Positions 59,619 to 64,000 of a stretch of DNA of 64,000 nucleotides are shown here, piece after piece. This stretch comes from Pelomyxa schiedti (Eukaryota > Protista > Evosea), in NCBI GenBank assembly GCA_020536535.1, contig JAHLWZ010000053.1:34842-98841 (forward strand), in the 5' to 3' direction. Position 1 is the stretch's first letter. Every line of letters begins with the position of its first letter. The notes under the pieces were generated by a model that saw only the letters and a program-made list of their open reading frames with translations, was not told the origin of the DNA and made no database searches. The position numbers and the translations under genes are program-made.

Positions 59619-62600
59619 TCAAGAAGATGAGGTGGTTTTTGTCACATATGAGGATTTTCTGGAGGAAAGCATGTCTTTGCGGGCATCCTCAAGCTGCTTC
59701 TCTAGCTGTAATATCTGAAAGGCAGGTCAACAGTGAAGAAGGTAAAATGGAAATGGGTTACCCTCATTTGTTGCTCCAATTCCTTCACTTTGGTGCCTGT
59801 TGTAGACCGCAACTGAGATTCCACTTCAGGGGTGTTGGTAGGTGCAGAAGGAGCTGACATAGTTGACTTGACATGTGTAACCAACTGTGCTGTGGCCTTC
59901 GCCACGCCTCCAGCAGCCTGCACAACAGCAACCTGGTCCTCAGAACCCGGAGCAGTTTTTACCTTGCAAGATGCTACAAGTTGAGCAGTTGTACTTGCTA
60001 TGGTTTTGCAAGTTGCCACAAGTCGCGTTTCATCCACCTACGCTGGTTAATAGAAAGAATAATAATAACAAAGATACCGATTGGTCACCGTTCACACAGG
60101 CGTTGCAGGCCGCAACTAATTCCTTTGTGCACTCAGCAACACATTTCGCGGCGGACAAGAGGCCCTCACTCCATTGATTATCTCTGTTGTAGACCTATCA
60201 CGAAATTGGAATGATACATCTCCTTGGGCAACATACAGCTCCTTTCCTCACTGTGCCAATGTTTTTTTGTGCGCGAGCAGCAGCAGTGACAATGGCGGCA
60301 CTTGCATTTGCTACCATTGCAACATAGCTTGCAAATTGCCTATGTTTGGTTAGAGTACTATTTGTGTTTCACACTTTACCCGGTTTCTTCATTCACTGCA
60401 ATTGCAGCAGCAGCAGAGGAAGAAGCTGAAGCCCTTACACCAGAAGCGGCGGGACTAGACGAAAATGCTCGGGCTAGTGCTTCCATTTCCTACAGAAGTG
60501 AATGCAATTCGATAAATATCACAGCGTTACCGCGGCCAATAGTTGCATTTCTTCTTCTGCATTTCCTGGAGTTGCAGGAGTGGCGGAAGAAGTACGGGCA
60601 GAAGTTGTTAATGAAGCCTCCCTGGGTGGGATTGGTGGTGGGGAAGACGGCGGGGGAGGCGGAGGAACAGAAGGAGGGGGAGGAGGTGCCCCACCAGAAG
60701 AACCTCTAAGTGCTGCTGTAGCTGCTTTAGCAGAACCAACTGAAGTCTCCAAAACTTGGAGACTATTTGGTTTTAGTCAAAAAGGGATGTAAAACTTGGG
60801 AGTGACCTGGACTCCAATGCTGTATTTACTTCGTTAATAAGGGATGCCTGAATGCAACCTTTTGCAAATGTATCTAGATAATTAATAAGAACAGCACGGG
60901 TGCTCTTAACGTTTTCAACAATTGGTCTCGACGTTTCCAAAGGAAGTTCTTTTCAAAAAGTTACGCAAGCCCTCAGTTATTCATTCTCTCACCCTCAATG
61001 AGATCGAACAGTAATTGCATGGCATCAATAACAGCTTTCGTACTCTGCGTAATTTGGGCTTGAGCTGCCTCTGGTTGGTCATAGGGCCTGAGATCGAATT
61101 AGGGTTTTCAGGAGACAGGTATGGAAAACCGCTCAAAAGAATTCTTTAGGTCGACTATAGCTGATTTGAGCTGGTTCAAGGCTGTTGTCACATTTATGAA
61201 GCTAAAATATAAAATATCAAACAATGCATTGGTTGAAGCAGGTGGAAATACCTGGTCTTCCCACGTACAGTGGGTGTCTTGGGTGCAATTTTTGTGAGAA
61301 TCACCTTCATGTCATCCAAAAGTTTGGCACCAACTAACCAAATGTTATTTACTTTTTCATGTTATCTTTTTACGCACTCTTATCTGTGGAGTTGGCAATA
61401 AAATTATCAATATCCCGTGCAGAACCTGTTACAGCTTGTTTGGCAAGATTGAAAGACTTGACAACAAGAGCATCTGTTGAGTATTGCTGCATATCTGAAA
61501 CTGTTATTATTATGGCATGAGGAAGACAGTACCTTTGCTTGCAAGGATGAGTTGCTGACCAGCAATAGTAAATGCCTTTATAGCAGCATACGCACCCTAC
61601 TGGGTTTTAGGAAATTTCCTAGGTTTACAATACCAGCCTGACATGACACTGTATCTCTCATAGTACTACAGCAGATGTGAAGGGAGGAGCACAGTTGCCT
61701 GAGCAAATCAGCAAGTAGCTTAGCTTTTTCTCCTAAAACAGCTTGGGCAGGTTTGGTTGCAGCTTGCTGCAGCAAAGATCAGTCGGAGTGGAAGAAGTCC
61801 CAGTTACCTCCAATTGGGCAATGATTCCACCTACATTTGCTGTGCATGCAGTAACTTCATGACTGGAAGACTCTAGTGTTGTGCTGTATTCGGGATCATT
61901 ATTTGCAAATCAAATCGGGGGGTATGTCTACTTTGGTGGTACTTCAATTTTAGTGGCCAATTGACCAGCAGCAGCGAACATGGAATAAGATTCAATCTCA
62001 CTCATCATGGAATCCATTGCAGATAGTGCATCCTTTCTTGGCTTTCAACTATTGAACAGAAAGAGTATTTTGGACCTGCATAAGTATACGCCCTGTAAGA
62101 GCATCTTCTGCCCTGGCTTTTTCTGCTGCAATTTGTGCTGGGAATTTGAATTTACTTGTTGGTGCCGAGACACTTTCACACGGGGGAAAGCTTGATAATG
62201 ATAAAGGTACATGTACCTTCAACAGTTAGATGTAATGGGAAAACTATGGAGTTACTTTGATGTTGGATCCCATGGAAACTATCGCTTTAGCAGATATGTG
62301 GTAAACACAATTTATTTGCTGTGCATTCACTACAGAAGGTTGGACATCCAAGAAAGAAGGTATGCAAAGTGGAATATGAGCGTCATATTCCTCCTTCCTG
62401 ATTGGAAACCCTTCCTTCACTGTCTGGGCAAGTAGTGTGCATTTCTCAGTCTTTGAACCGAAACGCAAAACTGGTTTTTTAAAAAAGGAAATCAACCATT
62501 AGAAACAAGATGGGTACTGCGCTCTACCTTGACGTAATTTAAGTTCTAAATACTGCACTGATTTTCGACTCACATTGTAAATGAAGATGTGGGAAGAAAC

Positions 62601-63458
62601 CTAAGAGGGGAAAAAAAAAAGGCAAACAACGTAGCTAAACTTACTGTGTCACCTGGACAGGCAGTTTTTTTGTCAAGGGCAAGATCCAACTGTAAATCAG
62701 CCTTATTGCCTTTGCCTTTAATTACAGTCTTTTTGTCTATGGGTGTGACGGGTTCCAAGAGATAGGGCCTTCCTATGAGAAGGTCACAACTAAATAAAAT
62801 GAAAATGAAAGCCCTTAGCTAACCTACACGAACTACATGCTTCAACTTATGCAACTTTACTTTGGGATGATTTGCAACAGTAAGAAATGCTGTTAACCTA
62901 TATTCAACCTTCACCTGCGCAGAATGTGGGGAATACAAATAGTTGGTTTTGAAAGACCTTGCCAGACTTGAACACACAAGAAGGTGGGCCATCAGGTGGT
63001 ACTCGGAACGAGAAAGGATAAGTGTGAGTGCCAACAGTTGGCTGCTTCTCGGGTGTGAATGTAGTCAGTACAGCTGTTTCAGCAAAATAGATACGTTTCT
63101 TCCCTTTTCCCTGTCATAACATAGGAGGAATTTCAATTCTCAAATGTCAAGTGAAATTGATTGACATACAGAAGGTACTGTCTTGGTTGAAGACATGTTC
63201 TTAGGAGGCTCTACGTCTCCGCTGAATGCAAACGTTAGATCTAACGACAAAAACAAAGAAGAGTGCAGAGAGAGAGCTGGCGTCGTACGCAGAACTAGAC
63301 GATTCGTAGGCGTCAAATACTACGACGAGCGAAGATACGGGCTTTGATTGCGATCCCAAAACGACAAAGAAATGAACATCTCCCGACAAGGTGTCGCCTG
63401 TGCGACAATAAACCTGGTTCGTCTTGATAGACAGCCCGGATCCACGACCCGACGCCAT
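59619..63458 (-). CDS. Arrestin-domain / talin-rod / I/LWEQ (THATCH) fusion protein
   Basis: N-terminal arrestin (LSIKTNQVYCRTGDTLSGDV, VKVEYRLTA, LALDKKTACPGDTV, PSVVNAQQINCVYHI). Talin-like IESYSMFAAAGQL. I/LWEQ QWSEGLLSAAK..RLVATCKTIASTTAQLVASCKVK..ELEQQM|ILQLEKQLEDARK. Confidence 0.85.
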
Positions 63459-63495
63459 TGAAAAGTTTTTTTAGAGAATGGCGAAGACACTTTCT

Positions 63496-64000
63496 TAATC
63501 GGGTTCGAACGAAAATGTGGACTTGGCCAGGGATCTGATAGATAGACAGGACGAGTTCTGGGGCAGGGTCATTTGGAGGATATCTCTGTGGGGCAAACTT
63601 GGTTGTTGAGGTGTTGGCAGATCCTAGCTAGGTTGAATATTTGTGTGACTAAATTGTTGACCATTTGACGTCGGTTTTGTTAGGAATCGAAATGGCCCTA
63701 AAACAAATGTATGTTGCATCCACAAGAACGCCTCGATGTCAAAACTGATCAAATCACTGGCCCAGTGGTGAAACGCCTAACTGCCTCCATGTACACCATA
63801 CATACAACTGCAGGCAACGCATCCCCCACCACGGAAATACTTTTTTAGGTTAATGATGGTGTCTGCGAGATAAAAGGTAAGAGACATGTTGGAATCGTAG
63901 TCCCGGAGAAGGAGGTAGCCAAAGAAAGTTTCTCTCGGGAACCTTCCATGTACTGGCAAGACAAGGTACCCACCATCTGGAAAATCAACATCTGGCGTTT
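63496..64000 (-). CDS. Hypothetical protein, 3' part (5'-partial)
   Basis: Open frame from the window edge (..PDVDFPDGGYLVLPVHGRFPRETFFG..) followed by intron-like GT-AG gaps. No domain recognised and the 3' end is uncertain. Confidence 0.35.

Noticed and set aside
1-64000. Alternative genetic code or prokaryotic origin suggested by fragmented ORFs
   Set aside because: The breaks I examined resolve as short GT-AG/GC-AG introns that restore conserved motifs under the standard code.

Overview
Gene-dense eukaryotic nuclear DNA using the standard genetic code, with many short (~40-120 nt) spliceosomal introns. It is most likely a free-living anaerobic amoebozoan (Pelomyxa-like archamoeba); this is inferred from gene content and a lineage-expanded ORF family, not verified. 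I reconstructed about 24 protein genes by hand across introns: RAD23 (3' end), a GyrI-like protein, a PqiA/LetA-like membrane protein, a coactosin-like ADF-H protein, an acylated C2-like protein, a prokaryote-type Mo/W-bis-PGD oxidoreductase, PMCA, FNTA, CARMIL-like LRR+RING, two cyclins, GTP-PEPCK, PSD2, an E2, NAD-GDH, IMP3, PCIF1, CAND1, a putative Ig-fold transcription factor, a BC-box LRR protein, PRA1 and an arrestin-talin (I/LWEQ) fusion. Best findings: (1) an intron-rich DMSO-reductase-family molybdoenzyme in a eukaryote; (2) a single gene joining an alpha-arrestin head to talin rod/THATCH modules; (3) a hAT-type non-autonomous element with a perfect 8-bp TSD carrying a second nested TIR element; (4) a U12-type intron candidate and GC-AG introns. 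I saw no rRNA, tRNA or CRISPR. CDS coordinates span introns and come from manual splicing.
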